Part shown: one piece after another, positions 46,569-56,078 of the stretch
Layout of the letters: every line of letters starts with the position of its first letter
Position numbering within the stretch: position 1 is the first letter of the stretch
Source of the DNA: Patescibacteria group bacterium
Lineage (GTDB): Bacteria; Patescibacteriota; Minisyncoccia; Phycocordibacterales; Phycocordibacteraceae
Length of the DNA: 64,000 nucleotides
Direction of reading: 5' to 3'
NCBI GenBank assembly: GCA_029260935.1
Contig: JAJDCJ010000012.1
Coordinates: 33,315 to 97,314 of the forward strand
Program-made: the position numbers and the translations under genes
Notes under the pieces: generated by a model
Told to the model about the DNA's origin: nothing
The model's input: only the letters and a program-made list of their open reading frames with translations
Databases searched by the model: none

Positions 46569-48713
46569 ATGGTACTTGACGACCTTTTGGGCACCCATAC
46601 CCGTCTTACAAAACACCACACCCCCGGGCTTGAAAAGCTCGGGATTACAACGGTGCGCGACCTCCTCTATCACCTGCCAAGCCGGTATGAATCTTCAGCT
46701 GATATTAGACAAGTTAAAAATGTTACCTCAGGAGAAACGGTAGTGCTGTATGGACAATTTTCAAAACTAGAAACAAAGCGTTCATTTAAAACGCGCGTGC
46801 CTATAGCGGAAGGAACATTCAGCGACGATACTGGCTCAGTAAAAGTAACGTGGTTTCATCAGCCATACCTTGCAAAAATGATTCCTACGGGACAGTTAGT
46901 GCGACTCCGCGGTAAAGTAACGGAACGCTCGGGAAGAAAATATATCGCAAACCCCACTGTTGAAAAAACAGACGGCATTCCTTTACTGGAGGGACGTGAC
47001 GGGCTCTTTCCGGTCTACCCCGAGTCGCTTGGACTTTCGTCCCTGTGGGTGTATCACACGGTGCAGAAGTTATTGCGCGACATTGACTGGGACACTGTTG
47101 TTGATCCTCTTCCTGAGGCAATCCGCAAAAAATACCATTTACCCGATATTAAATCAGCGCTCATCTTTGCACACGAGCCAAAAAAAGAAAAAGACGCTGA
47201 GGCCGCGCGCAAGCGTTTTGCGTTTGAAGAAGTGTTCCTTATCCAAATAGCACGCGCGCTTCAAAGAGAAGCACACACCCAGGAACACTCCTATGAGGTT
47301 TCGGTTGAACCTGACCTCATTCAAGAGTTTATTGACTCGTTCCCTTTTACACCGACTTTAGGACAAACAACATCTATTAATGAAATCCTTGAGGACTTTA
47401 AAAAACCGGCACCTATGTATCGCCTTCTTGAGGGCGATGTCGGCAGTGGAAAAACAGCAGTTGCTGCGGCAACCGCATACGCAGTTGCCACGAGCAGGCC
47501 AAAAAACTCAAACGGGGAAAAGCAGTCTTTCGGACGATTGCAGGTTGCCTACATGGTACCGACTGAAATACTTGCCAAACAACACTTTAAAACATTCACT
47601 GATTTTTTTATTGACCACCCATTGAACATTGGGTTGATTACCGGTAGCGGATGTTACAAGTTTCCCTCTAAAGTAAAACCAACAGAGGCAACACCGCTTT
47701 CACGTGCGCAGTTTTTAAAGCTGGTTAAAAACGGCGAGATACCTATTGTTATCGGCACTCATGCACTCATTCAAAAAACAATTGAATTTAAACACCTCGC
47801 CTACGCCATTATTGATGAACAACATCGCTTTGGAACAGTACAGAGAAAGAAAATTACTACGAAAAACGATACGCAACCACACCTGCTTTCAATGACCGCA
47901 ACCCCCATTCCCCGCACACTAGCGCTCACCCTGTATGGCGACCTGGATTTAACAGTACTTGAACACATGCCGCAAGGTAGAAAAGAAATACAAACCGAAA
48001 TAATAACTCCCGCACACCGCGCTCGCGCATATGAGCACATACGAGCCCTTATAAAAGAAGGTCGGCAAGCGTATGTTATTTGCCCCCGCATTGATGAACC
48101 GGACCCCACCAAACACATGGCGCTCCAGACACGTTCAGTTGCAAGTGAAGTAAAAAAATTGTGCACTGACGTGTTTCCTGAATACTCAATTGGAAAACTT
48201 CACAGCCGCATGACACCGAAGGAAAAAACAGAAGCTATGGAAGCTTTTGAAAAAGGAGAAACTGATATTTTGGTTTCAACAAGTGTGGTTGAAGTGGGGG
48301 TGAATGTGCCGAATGCAACGGTTATTATGATTGAAGGAGCAGAGCGTTTTGGGCTGGCACAACTTCATCAACTCCGCGGTCGGGTGATGCGTTCCAGTCA
48401 CCAGCCCTACTCATATTTAATGGTTGAATCAAATGCAAAAGCAGAATCAGCACGCCTCAAGGCAATTGTAAAAGCAAAAAACGGCTTTGAGTTAGCAGAG
48501 AAAGATTTAGAAATACGTGGCGCCGGCGAGCTGTACGGAGCGCGACAGTCCGGCCTCTCCGACATCGGCATGGAGGCGCTGAAAAACTTGAAACTGGTAG
48601 AAGCGGCGCGAAGCGAAGCCAGCCTCCTAGTAAAAAAAGACCCGACCCTTAAAAAACATCCAGTTCTTTTGGAACGGGCCCAAAAAACCGTGAAGGCGTT
48701 GCATTTTGAATAA
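46569..48713 (+). CDS. recG: ATP-dependent DNA helicase RecG
   Basis: Wedge domain followed by a DEQH helicase core with GDVGSGKT Walker A; 714 aa. Confidence 0.85.
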   Translation: MVLDDLLGTHTRLTKHHTPGLEKLGITTVRDLLYHLPSRYESSADIRQVKNVTSGETVVLYGQFSKLETKRSFKTRVPIAEGTFSDDTGSVKVTWFHQPYLAKMIPTGQLVRLRGKVTERSGRKYIANPTVEKTDGIPLLEGRDGLFPVYPESLGLSSLWVYHTVQKLLRDIDWDTVVDPLPEAIRKKYHLPDIKSALIFAHEPKKEKDAEAARKRFAFEEVFLIQIARALQREAHTQEHSYEVSVEPDLIQEFIDSFPFTPTLGQTTSINEILEDFKKPAPMYRLLEGDVGSGKTAVAAATAYAVATSRPKNSNGEKQSFGRLQVAYMVPTEILAKQHFKTFTDFFIDHPLNIGLITGSGCYKFPSKVKPTEATPLSRAQFLKLVKNGEIPIVIGTHALIQKTIEFKHLAYAIIDEQHRFGTVQRKKITTKNDTQPHLLSMTATPIPRTLALTLYGDLDLTVLEHMPQGRKEIQTEIITPAHRARAYEHIRALIKEGRQAYVICPRIDEPDPTKHMALQTRSVASEVKKLCTDVFPEYSIGKLHSRMTPKEKTEAMEAFEKGETDILVSTSVVEVGVNVPNATVIMIEGAERFGLAQLHQLRGRVMRSSHQPYSYLMVESNAKAESARLKAIVKAKNGFELAEKDLEIRGAGELYGARQSGLSDIGMEALKNLKLVEAARSEASLLVKKDPTLKKHPVLLERAQKTVKALHFE

Positions 48714-48742
48714 ACGGCTCAACCTTGATTGAGCCGTTTATT
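48712..48742 (+). terminator. hairpin AAACGGCTCAACCTTGATTGAGCCGTTT after recG
   Basis: Inverted repeat followed by a T-rich tail. Confidence 0.6.
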
Positions 48743-48785
48743 CATACCAACTGACCCTTCTGCAAGATGGCAGTGTGTAGGCTTG

Positions 48786-49225
48786 TTTGTCGTCACAAGT
48801 AATTTTCCTGACGGAAAATTTTCGCGCGACCAATTTCTCTTATGAGTCAGACGAATTAGAGAAATGGAAGTACTCCTGTGGTGACCCCGGCTCGCCCGGC
48901 TCCGCCGGGCTGCGCCTCTCGGACATGTACGCGAAAACGCCAAGCAGTTGGCTTACGTGTCGTCACAGATAATCCTTCGTCGCCACTCAGGATTTCCGCG
49001 ACCCCGGCTCGTGGTTTTTCCTGCTGGAAAAACATCACTGCGCCTCGGACAAACGCACAAAAACCTGCCGCAGGGCAGGTCTTTGTGTACTTGTCGTCAC
49101 AAGTTGCTAAGTATTTTAGAGCGCTTCGCTTCTAGAATACTAAGCACTCGCGACCCCGGCTCGCCCGGCTCCGCCGGGCTGCGCCTCTCGAACCAGCGCC
49201 GTAAGCAAAGCAGTTTGCTTACTAA
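48786..49225. repeat. tandem array of three composite repeat units (130-170 nt each)
   Basis: Each unit is TGTCGTCACARRT, a unit-specific palindromic hairpin, CGCGACCCCGGCTCG, a second hairpin (CCCGGCTCCGCCGGG in units 1 and 3), CTGCGCCTC(T)CG, then a variable tail. Unit 3 ends with GTAAGCAAAGCAGTTTGCTTAC. Confidence 0.8.
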
Positions 49226-49260
49226 TAAAAAACATCCCTCTATAACTGGGGATGTTTTTT
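49226..49260. terminator. hairpin AAAAAACATCCC...GGGGATGTTTTTT, bidirectional
   Basis: Perfect stem flanked by A and T runs, immediately 3' of tRNA-Ile. Confidence 0.6.
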
Positions 49261-49267
49261 ATTACGC

Positions 49268-49345
49268 TGGTCCGCCCTCTTGGACTCGAACCAAGAAACC
49301 TTCTAGGTATAAGCTAGATGCTCTAACCAATTGAGCTAAGGGCGG
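49268..49345 (-). tRNA. tRNA-Ile(UAU)
   Basis: Acceptor CCGCCCU/AGGGCGG, D-arm GCUC/GAGC, anticodon stem UCUAG/CUAGA with loop CUUAUAC, T-loop UUCGAGU, encoded CCA. Confidence 0.75.
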
Positions 49346-49352
49346 ACTTAAA

Positions 49353-50063
49353 CTATAGCGCTTTTGTGGGGTCAAACGCAACACCACCATACACCTCTCT
49401 CAATCTCGCAATACCTGCCGCAATTTTCTCGCGCAGATCTCTGTTCCTGAAATATATATTGCATGTTCCGTAACCAAAGCGTCCTTTATAGTTTTTCTGC
49501 TTCTTCGTGGTCGTTTTTTTGATATATGGTTTTCTAAAGGAAGATTTTGCAATACCCAACTCCTCTGACCAAAAAGAAATCGCTGAAGCAATGTTCATAT
49601 CTTCGTAAAGGTGTAAATAAACTTTTAGTTCGTCTTTTTTAACACCCAAAAATTCAATCCATTTAATAAAACTTTTTATCATAGCTGGGTCAGTGTTGGT
49701 GAACATGACCGTATACGGATCTGCTTTAAGCCCTTCACCCCAATAGAGGAAAAAGCCAGCGATGTATAATTCGCGCTTTGAGATTCTCCCAATATCTCTC
49801 ACTGCTAATGTATAAACATTTTGCAAGCGGGCAAGTTTTTTCTTCCGTTTTGTCTCTCTTGTTTTCTCTATGCGCTTTTCTGAATGATCACGAAGCTCTC
49901 TGATGCGTTTTTCTGACAATGGCATATCACGAAGCCATAGACTCAATGTACTTTTACTCACATTAAGTTTTTCTTTAATCTGACCATAACTCATCCCCTT
50001 TTTACGTAAGGATACTGCCTGTTCTCTGTCTTTATGTCGCGCCATAATCAAACCTTTAAACAA
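49353..50063 (-). CDS. HTH-domain protein with a single degenerate LAGLIDADG-like motif, directly 5' of tRNA-Ile
   Basis: N-terminal HTH (MSYGQIKEKLNVSKSTLSLWLRD) and LAGLIDADG-like IAGFFLYWGEGL with Glu in place of Asp. Confidence 0.45.
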   Translation of the reverse strand: MFKGLIMARHKDREQAVSLRKKGMSYGQIKEKLNVSKSTLSLWLRDMPLSEKRIRELRDHSEKRIEKTRETKRKKKLARLQNVYTLAVRDIGRISKRELYIAGFFLYWGEGLKADPYTVMFTNTDPAMIKSFIKWIEFLGVKKDELKVYLHLYEDMNIASAISFWSEELGIAKSSFRKPYIKKTTTKKQKNYKGRFGYGTCNIYFRNRDLREKIAAGIARLREVYGGVAFDPTKAL

Positions 50064-50167
50064 AAATATCGGTATTATAGTTCACAGGTACATAATAACA
50101 CCTTTATATTTCTAACACTAAAACAAACCCACACACCTTTAGGTGTGTGGGTTTGTGTACGAGAAGT

Positions 50168-50659
50168 TTAGACTGATGGCATTTCACTTGGGCCAGACAT
50201 AGAATGCGCAGACCCTTCTTCTTTTACGAAGTAGCCAATGTAAAGAATTACAAGAGCAGACAGAAGATGGAAGTAATTGTCAGCGGTGTTTACGTCCACA
50301 AGTCCAAGTATTGTGTCACCTTGAGCAAAGCCAATTACAGCAACAATTGCCGCAATAATTCCTACCACTTTAAATGTCAGTACTGCAATCTTTTCTGATG
50401 CGTATGCGGCATAGACAAATATAAGTCCTGTTACTAAGTGAATAATGTTGTGTACAGTATCAACTTCAAGAAAACCGAAAAGTTGTCCATTCGGAGCTAC
50501 TGCTGGAATAAATCCCAGAACGCCAACCAGCAATAAAATGATCGCAATGATCCATGCTAATTTTTTAATCATACTTTTATAATTAGGGGTTTGATAAGTG
50601 TGTGCGCTTTTATTGTACAAAGCGCATCTGTAAGCTGCCCTATTAAGTAAGGGAAGCAA
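50168..50659 (-). CDS. integral membrane protein, unknown
   Basis: 163 aa, four TM helices. Confidence 0.35.
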   Translation of the reverse strand: MLPLLNRAAYRCALYNKSAHTYQTPNYKSMIKKLAWIIAIILLLVGVLGFIPAVAPNGQLFGFLEVDTVHNIIHLVTGLIFVYAAYASEKIAVLTFKVVGIIAAIVAVIGFAQGDTILGLVDVNTADNYFHLLSALVILYIGYFVKEEGSAHSMSGPSEMPSV

Positions 50660-50766
50660 CCAACCTACAATAATAAGTGTAGAACACCCTGCCTCTAGTC
50701 AAACACCCCCTGTGTAAAACCCCCACGTTTTGGCGTGAGGGTTTTGTTTTTTCAGTCTTCAAGTGT

Positions 50767-52767
50767 TTAGTCTTGGTGCTCTATGTCTGCTTTCTTTTTT
50801 AAAGCAATACCGTGCGCAGTAAGGAGTTTTTCAAGTTCATCACGTTCAATTGTTTCCTCCTCAACAAGTTTCAACGCAATAGCGTCAAGCGCTTTTCGGT
50901 GTGTGGTTAATACTTCCTCTGCTTGTGCACGCGCTTCTTCAATAATTTTCTTCACTTCCTTGTCAATTTGTGCCGATACATCGTTTGAGTACTCTTTATC
51001 ATTCACCCCTCTTCCAAACATGGCGCGACCACCGGCACCTTCAAGTGCAATAGGACCCAGCGGGCTCATACCATATTTGGTAACCATATCGCGGGCAAGC
51101 GCCGTTAACACCTGCAAGTCATTTGATGGACCGGTCGTAAGGTCGTCAAAGATCATCTGCTCTGCCAAGTATCCACCGAGTGAAACTGAAATATCATCAA
51201 CAAACTCTTTCTTGGATTGCATTTTTTTATCATCAAGAGGTAATTTCAAAGTGTAGCCAGCGGCACGTCCACGTGAGATCACTGAAATTTTATGTACCGG
51301 GTCTGAGTAGGGCAAGACACTGGCAATAAGCGCGTGCCCTGCTTCGTGGTACGCAGTTATTTCTTTTTCTTTTTTGTTCAATAGGTGTGACTTTCGCTCA
51401 GGGCCTAGCATTACTTTTTCAATAGAACGAATGAGATCAAACTGTGCAATTTTCTTTCTGTCTTCGCGGGCTGCCAAAATTGCACCTTCGTTCATCAAGC
51501 TCTGCAAGTCAGCTCCTGAAAAACCAGGGGTACGCTCGGCAATAACGCGCAAGTCTACGTCTTCTCCAAAAGGTTTTTTACGTGAGTGTATTATTAGAAT
51601 TTCCTCGCGGCCGTCACGGTCAGGAAGGTCAATGGTTACTCTACGATCAAAGCGTCCGGGGCGCAAAAGTGCAGGGTCCAACACGTCAGGGCGGTTGGTT
51701 GCGGCCATTACGATAACTTTTTGGGAGGGTTCAAACCCATCCATTTCAACTAGAATTTGATTCAGGGTTTGTTCACGCTCATCATTCCCCCCACCAACAC
51801 CAGTACCACGTACACGTCCTACTGCATCAATTTCATCAACAAAAATAATAGCTGGCGCTGTGTTTTTTGCTATTTTAAATAAGTCACGTACACGACTAGC
51901 ACCAACACCAACAAACATTTCAACAAACTCACTTCCTGAAATTGAGAAAAATGGTACCCCTGCCTCACCTGCAACGGCACGCGCAAGCAGTGTCTTTCCA
52001 GTTCCGGGTGAGCCCATTAGTAGAACACCTTTTGGAATCTGCGCACCAATGTCTAGAAACTTTTTAGGGTTCTTAAGAAAATCAACAATTTCAGTGAGTT
52101 CCTCTTTTGCTTCTTTTGCTCCTGCAACATCAGAAAACGTGATACGAGTTACTTTATCTTTCGGGTCAGTCATGCGCGCCTTTGACTGTCCAAACGTAAA
52201 CGCTTGCATACCAGCACCTTTTACTTGGCGTGAAAAATACCAGATAAGCAAAAGAATAAGAAGGAGCGGTACAAAAATCGGAGCGAGTGCAAAGAACCAA
52301 AATCGTAAACCACCTTCATTTTCAACCTCAATTGAAACAGCAGCTATTTCGTCGGCGGTCAGTCCATAGTTCACCAGCGTCTCTGAAAACGCAGCGTCTA
52401 CTTCTTTTCGTCCGCGACGCTCTGTTTCATCTGTATACGTAACCGTGAGACGGTCACCGGCAACGACAATACCTTCAACTTCACCCGAGCGAATACTGGT
52501 AGCAATATCAGAAAGTGAAACCTGTTCGGGGGTATTTCCGCCTGAAATTAAAGAATATGTAGCGCTCACCAGAAGCAAAATGATAAGGAATGTAGTGATG
52601 CTGTTCCATGGATTATTCTTTGGTATCCCTGTTTTGGCTAACTGGTGGAGTTGCTTTGGTAATACTGGTTTTTTCCCACGACCTACCCCTTTTCCTTTTG
52701 GGGTATCTTTTGCCGTTTTCTTTTTTGAGCCTTTGTCCATGCAGGGTATTATACAGGTATATGGCAT
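50767..52767 (-). CDS. ftsH: ATP-dependent zinc metalloprotease FtsH
   Basis: AAA module [11 protein letters not shown] region, HEAGHAL zinc site. Confidence 0.9.
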   Translation of the reverse strand: MPYTCIIPCMDKGSKKKTAKDTPKGKGVGRGKKPVLPKQLHQLAKTGIPKNNPWNSITTFLIILLLVSATYSLISGGNTPEQVSLSDIATSIRSGEVEGIVVAGDRLTVTYTDETERRGRKEVDAAFSETLVNYGLTADEIAAVSIEVENEGGLRFWFFALAPIFVPLLLILLLIWYFSRQVKGAGMQAFTFGQSKARMTDPKDKVTRITFSDVAGAKEAKEELTEIVDFLKNPKKFLDIGAQIPKGVLLMGSPGTGKTLLARAVAGEAGVPFFSISGSEFVEMFVGVGASRVRDLFKIAKNTAPAIIFVDEIDAVGRVRGTGVGGGNDEREQTLNQILVEMDGFEPSQKVIVMAATNRPDVLDPALLRPGRFDRRVTIDLPDRDGREEILIIHSRKKPFGEDVDLRVIAERTPGFSGADLQSLMNEGAILAAREDRKKIAQFDLIRSIEKVMLGPERKSHLLNKKEKEITAYHEAGHALIASVLPYSDPVHKISVISRGRAAGYTLKLPLDDKKMQSKKEFVDDISVSLGGYLAEQMIFDDLTTGPSNDLQVLTALARDMVTKYGMSPLGPIALEGAGGRAMFGRGVNDKEYSNDVSAQIDKEVKKIIEEARAQAEEVLTTHRKALDAIALKLVEEETIERDELEKLLTAHGIALKKKADIEHQD

Positions 52768-53204
52768 ATATAGAAAATAAAAAGGCCCGATTTGATTTTG
52801 AAATCCTTACAACACTGGAAGCAGGTGTTGAGTTGTTTGGTTTTGAGGTTAAAGCAGTACAAAAAAACGCCGGCTCACTTGAAGGCGCACGCGTCGTAGT
52901 GCGAGGAGGTGAAGCGTTTCTTATTGGCGCCACTATTTCCCCCTACCAAGTTAAAAACACACCGAAGTCGTACGATCGTGAACGATCTCGGCGGTTGCTT
53001 CTCAATAAAAAAGAACTCTTTGAACTTGCGGAAAATGAGAGCCAGAAGGGATTGACAATTATCCCACTAAAGTGGTATAATAAGGGTCGGAAAGTAAAGC
53101 TAGAAATTGCTGTCGCTCGTCGAAAAAAGAAGTATGATAAAAGGGCAACGCTTAAAGAGCGTGACAGTAAAAGACAGATAGACCGTACCTTGAAAAATCA
53201 ATAA
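52761..53204 (+). CDS. smpB: SsrA-binding protein SmpB (start corrected to MAYIENKK)
   Basis: ARFDFEIL...GFEVKA...LLLNKKE core plus a basic C-terminal tail; the upstream part of the annotated ORF overlaps ftsH. Confidence 0.8.
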   Translation: MAYIENKKARFDFEILTTLEAGVELFGFEVKAVQKNAGSLEGARVVVRGGEAFLIGATISPYQVKNTPKSYDRERSRRLLLNKKELFELAENESQKGLTIIPLKWYNKGRKVKLEIAVARRKKKYDKRATLKERDSKRQIDRTLKNQ

Positions 53205-53240
53205 ATATCGGAACAAACTATAATGTTCTGGCTGGTGATT

Positions 53241-53293
53241 CCCCGAAATTGTCCGAATTGTCCGAAGTCTAGACTTCGGACAATTTCGGGGGG
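53241..53293 (+). terminator. nested palindrome CCCCGAAATTGTCCGAA[TTGTCCGAAGTCTAGACTTCGGACAA]TTTCGGGG after smpB
   Basis: 26-nt perfect inner palindrome inside an outer 8-bp stem. Confidence 0.55.
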
Positions 53294-54120
53294 TGATCGG
53301 CTTCGACAATAAGTTTTTGTTTTCTACGTGCAAAACGGTGAATGCTGGAGAACACCTTAAACCTCGAGTAAATACAACGTGCAAACGCTGTAAAGAGTCC
53401 GTACCAAGCCCTTTTGGGTCTTGGTCAACTCGTTCCTGTTCGCGCGTAAGCGTAGAACGGCATCACATTCTCTGACTCCTGATATGGGAGTGCTGGTGTA
53501 ATACCATCAGGATAAGGAAGCGACGTGCTCGTTCGCTTCTCAAAAATTAAGAGCTCGATACCACATGCTTTTGTTTACTTTTTATATGTGTTATTTAAAA
53601 CCCTAAAGTAAACTACGTTTTGTAGAATCGTCTTAAACTTTCTTGTTGCATCCGGGTTCGATTCCCGGCATCTCCACAGCTGAACGAACCGCCTTTCGAG
53701 GCGGTTTTCGTTTTGCTGAGAGATGGAGCGAGTGAACTGCTTCACTCGCGTTGGGAATTGAAAGCCGGAATGCCACACCTCGCGAGGTGTGGCATGCGTC
53801 GGGTCGCGGAATTTCCGAGTGGCTGACGAGGAAATATCTGTGACCGATGCGTGCGAGCGCCAGCGAAGACACTTCTCGGCATCTCCACCAGTGAAATAAA
53901 ATACCGCCCAGCTCGGGTGGTATTTATTTTTCCTTACAAACTACAAAAACAAGTTATCTCCCCTTTCCAATTATGAGAACACGCGTAGCACCCACCCGAT
54001 TTTCCTTTACATCTATTGCAGAGCACCGTCCCCGTACCACAACAAGCGCTACACCACTTCGTCTCTTTTAGAGCTCTTTTCTCAGACATACCTACTTACT
54101 ATTAATAGTATACTAGCCAT
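53294..54120. other. about 830-bp ORF-poor region with two tRNA-3'-end-like fragments, palindromes and two hairpin-plus-T-run terminators
   Basis: T-arm plus acceptor-like TTGCATCCGGGTTCGATTCCCGGCATCTCCACA at 53646-53678 and a CGGCATCTCCACCA copy at 53887-53900. Perfect palindrome GCCACACCTCGCGAGGTGTGGC. Only short overlapping ORFs. Confidence 0.5.
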
Positions 54121-54435
54121 ATGGAAACACAAAATAATCACCCTGTGCAAGTTGTTGCACCCCACCTTGAAAGGCCGTCACGGTGGCTCGCTCTGGGAAC
54201 ATTACTCTTTATGGTGCCGAAATTAATTCTTCTTGTACCACACATAATACTCCTCTATTTCTTAGGTATTGTTGCTATCGTGGTCGCTGCGATTGCCCAA
54301 ATAGTGGTGCTCTTTACTGGGAAATACCCCCATAATCTATTTGATATGGTCAGAGGGGTTTTCCAGTTACAACTACGGGTTAATTTCTATCTCCTCGGCC
54401 TGACGGACACCTACCCACCATTTTCACTCAAATAA
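54121..54435 (+). CDS. small integral membrane protein, unknown
   Basis: 104 aa, two long hydrophobic helices. Confidence 0.35.
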   Translation: METQNNHPVQVVAPHLERPSRWLALGTLLFMVPKLILLVPHIILLYFLGIVAIVVAAIAQIVVLFTGKYPHNLFDMVRGVFQLQLRVNFYLLGLTDTYPPFSLK

Positions 54436-54489
54436 CCGCAAATACGCAGAGGGTGCTTGCTAAAAACGTATAAAGCCGTAGAATAGTGA

Positions 54490-55155
54490 GATATAGCTAT
54501 CCGATCTAAAAAAAAGAATAGAAAAGCTTTCGTACAGAAAGACCGAACACGTATTAATTCGCAGATTCGGGCTCCAGAGCTACGAATTCTTGATCAAGAG
54601 GGAGAGAACCTTGGTGTTAAAACGCTTGAGGAGGCCCTGAAGGCAGCCAAAGAAGCAGAGCTGGATCTCATTGAAATATCGCCAAATGCCAAGCCACCGA
54701 TTGCAAAAATCATGGATTATGGTAAATTTCAATACGACCAGCAAAAAAAGGCGCGGGAGGCAAAAACCAAGGCGCACGTCACTGAAACCAAGTCTATACA
54801 GGTTGAAGTGGTTACCGGAGAGCATGACCTTACCCGGAAAGCTCGACAGGCGGCCAGCTGGCTGAGAGAAGGTCATCGGGTAAAAATAGAGCTGTTTTTA
54901 AAAGGGCGCTACAAGTACATGGAACCCTCCTTTCTTAAGGAGAAACTCCACCGTTTCGTCCTCCTCGTCCCCGAAGAGTACAAGATAGCCGCAGACGTAG
55001 TGCGTGGACCAAAAGGATTCTTTATAATCCTGGAGCGCGTGTCGTCAAAGAAAAAGAAAGACCCAACAGAGACAGAGGACACAACTCTTCCGTCTAATAT
55101 CCCTGAAGAAAAAAGTAAACCTGAGGCGGAGGAGAAGAAACAAACAAGCACATGA
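54490..55155 (+). CDS. infC: translation initiation factor IF-3 with non-AUG start (AUA at 54490 or AUC at 54496)
   Basis: The in-frame upstream extension DRTRINSQIRAPELRILDQEGENLGV is the IF3 N-domain. It begins right after a TAG stop with no ATG, the classic infC arrangement. Confidence 0.75.
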   Translation, partial: DIAIRSKKKNRKAFVQKDRTRINSQIRAPELRILDQEGENLGVKTLEEALKAAKEAELDLIEISPNAKPPIAKIMDYGKFQYDQQKKAREAKTKAHVTETKSIQVEVVTGEHDLTRKARQAASWLREGHRVKIELFLKGRYKYMEPSFLKEKLHRFVLLVPEEYKIAADVVRGPKGFFIILERVSSKKKKDPTETEDTTLPSNIPEEKSKPEAEEKKQTST

Positions 55156-55343
55156 AAACTAACAAATCATTTACCAAAAGAATACGCGTAACCAAAAACG
55201 GTAAGCTTGTTGCACGAAAAGTCGGACAAAACCACTTTAATGCAAAAGAAAATGCAAGCACCAAGGGCAGGAAACGCCGAACGGTAACTATACAGCTTAG
55301 CAACAAAGTAAAAGCGCGCTTCCTCCCAGGAAGTGGTGCATAA
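55152..55343 (+). CDS. rpmI: 50S ribosomal protein L35
   Basis: 63 aa, basic; infC-rpmI-rplT gene order. Confidence 0.8.
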   Translation: MKTNKSFTKRIRVTKNGKLVARKVGQNHFNAKENASTKGRKRRTVTIQLSNKVKARFLPGSGA

Positions 55344-55393
55344 ATATTATTTCAATTTTTTTCTAGCGCCTAGTAACCTAGAACCTACATTAT

Positions 55394-55744
55394 ATGTCAC
55401 GAGTAAAAAGAGGAACCATTAAGAACAAAACCAGAAGGAACGTCCTGAAGGCGGTCAAGGGTTTTCGTTTTGCACGGAGTAAGAAAAAGAAGGCGGCTAA
55501 GGAAGCGCTTCTTCACGCAGGAACATATGCGTTCCGTGACCGAAAAAACAAGAAACGAACCATGCGTGCACTTTCCATCACTAAAGTAAATGCCGGCGTT
55601 CGTGCATTAGGATTTAAAAGCTACAGCACCTTTATAGCGCTCATGAAAAAAAGAGGTGTAGAACTCAATCGTACCGTCTTAGGGCAACTTGCCGAAAATG
55701 AACCAAAGGTGTTTGAGAGAACTCTCGCAGAAATCACCAAGTAA
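55394..55744 (+). CDS. rplT: 50S ribosomal protein L20
   Basis: MSRVKRGTIKNKTRRNVLKAVKGFRF N-terminus. Confidence 0.9.
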   Translation: MSRVKRGTIKNKTRRNVLKAVKGFRFARSKKKKAAKEALLHAGTYAFRDRKNKKRTMRALSITKVNAGVRALGFKSYSTFIALMKKRGVELNRTVLGQLAENEPKVFERTLAEITK

Positions 55745-55765
55745 GCTACGTGGCTCTAGATAATA

Positions 55766-55797
55766 AAGAAACCCCCGCGTTCGCGGGGGTTTCTTTA
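55766..55797 (+). terminator. hairpin AAAGAAACCCCCGCG-TTCG-CGGGGGTTTCTTT
   Basis: GC-rich stem with a T-run, after rplT. Confidence 0.75.
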
Positions 55798-56078
55798 TTT
55801 ACAAACCAATTTAAACTTTCCACCTTCATTGCTATATCTCCATTTTCCAAGAGTCCCATCGGACATAATACAAGACTCGCCTTCCCTTTTAATAAAACAT
55901 CTAATATATTCCCTACCTCCAGAGCCGAAGCCACTAGATGAACCCATAAAAAAAATTAAATTAAATAATAACGCCTTAAAGTATATAGGAAAATATCTTT
56001 TTGTTGAACACAGAAGTGAACAGTCTCTAGTTGGAGAGACTAAGACTAGGACACGCGCCCCGAAGGGGTCTTTTCAAC

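Noticed and set aside
48786-49225. Possible CRISPR array
   Set aside because: Unit lengths are irregular (about 130-170 nt), the conserved blocks are interleaved with unit-specific hairpins rather than forming uniform repeats and spacers, and no cas genes are nearby. It is better described as a composite BIME/REP-like repeat array.
53400-53520. SRP RNA (4.5S) assignment based on UCAGGAUAAGGAAGC resembling the helix-8 GGAAGGAAGCAGC motif
   Set aside because: The surrounding sequence folds as a simple CCUGAU.../...AUCAGG hairpin without the symmetric and asymmetric internal loops of domain IV. The evidence is too weak without a covariance-model search.
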